Source: Felis catus
Taxonomy: Eukaryota
DNA: 64,000 nucleotides
NCBI RefSeq assembly: GCF_018350175.1
Contig: NC_058383.1
Span: forward strand, 8,310,001-8,374,000
Direction of reading: 5' to 3'
Of the stretch, positions 63,095-64,000 are shown in pieces; position 1 is the stretch's first letter; each line of letters opens with the position of its first letter. The notes below the pieces were generated by a model that saw only the letters and a list, made by a program, of their open reading frames with translations, ran no database searches and was not told where the DNA came from. The translations under genes and the position numbers were made by a program.

Positions 63095-63283
63095 ATTATT
63101 TTTAAGATTTATGTTTGAGAGACAGCACAAGTGGGGGAGGGGCAGAGAGCGAGGGAGACGCAGAAGCCCAAGCAGGCTCCGGGCTGTCAGCACAGAGCCC
63201 GACACGGGGCTCGAACCCACAGACCGAGATCATGGCCCGAGCCGAGGTCTGACACTGAACCGACTGAGCCACCCAGGCGCCCC
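63095..63283 (-). mobile_element. CanSINE
   Basis: Consensus body and head. Confidence 0.92.
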
Positions 63284-64000
63284 TCCTGCCGTGTTTTAAA
63301 GTCAGGAGTAACTGTTTTTTCTCTCTGCAGCTTGTATCCACTGGGCTCGGCCCCGGGGGTTGTAGAACAGGGACAGTAAGCGTAATAGCGGGCGGTGAGC
63401 ACTGCTGAATGCCTGTCCCGTGCCACCCACCGTGCTGGGGCTTTACCCCGGGCACGTGGGTGGCTGGCATCTGTCGATGTGGCTGAACTCGGGGGTTCAA
63501 GGCCGGTGTCCCTTCTGACTGGTCACTATCTGTGCCGTGCCAGTTATTAAATATTGTTATATCACCCTAGGCTGCACAGATATCACTTCTCATCATTCCG
63601 GTAAGTTGGTGATGCTTGAGGTTACAGAGGAGAAAACCGAGTCTCAGGGAAACGACCCTTGGGGTCACCCCCGTGATCCGGGGCCATTTTGTCTCGATCG
63701 TTGTTGGCCCGGCTATAGCCCTTTGCAGGTGACGCTGTCCCTCCATCCCCTCCCTCCCAGCTGAGGCCCCAGCTTCTTAGCACCGCTGTCCACACTCAGC
63801 TCTGAGCTCCCACCCCGTCCCCCTCCCCACCTCCTCTGCCCTGTGTTCTGCGTGTGCCTGTCTAGTTGGGACAGGGAGCAGAGCAGGAAGGGCACAGCCC
63901 CCAGCAGTGGGAGTGGCCGGTGGCCGGTGCCAGGGAGGCTGTGGGAGGAGGGCTGACAGGTCCCCTGGCTCACCTCGCTAGCTGTCATCCCTTAGGTTTC

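Larger units (their letters stand above)
62335..64000 (+). other. COL26A1: Start of the next COL26A1 intron (probable intron 5)
   Basis: Begins gtgagt; no Gly-X-Y exon seen before the window end. Confidence 0.8.

Overview
Mammalian genomic DNA from a cat-family animal: it carries about 32 tRNA-derived CanSINE/SINEC_Fc-type elements and a carnivore L1 3' end. The window lies inside COL26A1 (EMID2, collagen XXVI alpha 1) on the + strand. Two coding exons are recognisable: 55667-55728 (ECMNCTRLSDMSERLTTLEAK) and 62178-62334 (VLLLQTAEQPAGPGNDLPAPQSTPPPWNEDFLPDAIPLAHPGPRRRRPTGPA-G). By my recollection of the human gene these are exons 4 and 5. The first ~55.6 kb is the 3' part of one very large intron containing SINEs, MIRs, L1/L2/HAL1 remnants, LTRs (MER21, MLT2, MLT1), microsatellites and several non-repeat AT-rich islands that look like regulatory elements. 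Nearly all ORFs in the supplied track are spurious. I see no evidence for a new multi-gene system. The best leads are RNA-level or regulatory: inverted SINE pairs bracketing both exons, a frame-preserving 219-nt exon pair, a possible intronic-polyadenylation isoform, an odd 77-nt palindrome-rich element at 38468-38544, and a homeodomain-motif cluster with an internal duplication at 11280-11550. Repeat family names and boundaries are by eye and approximate.
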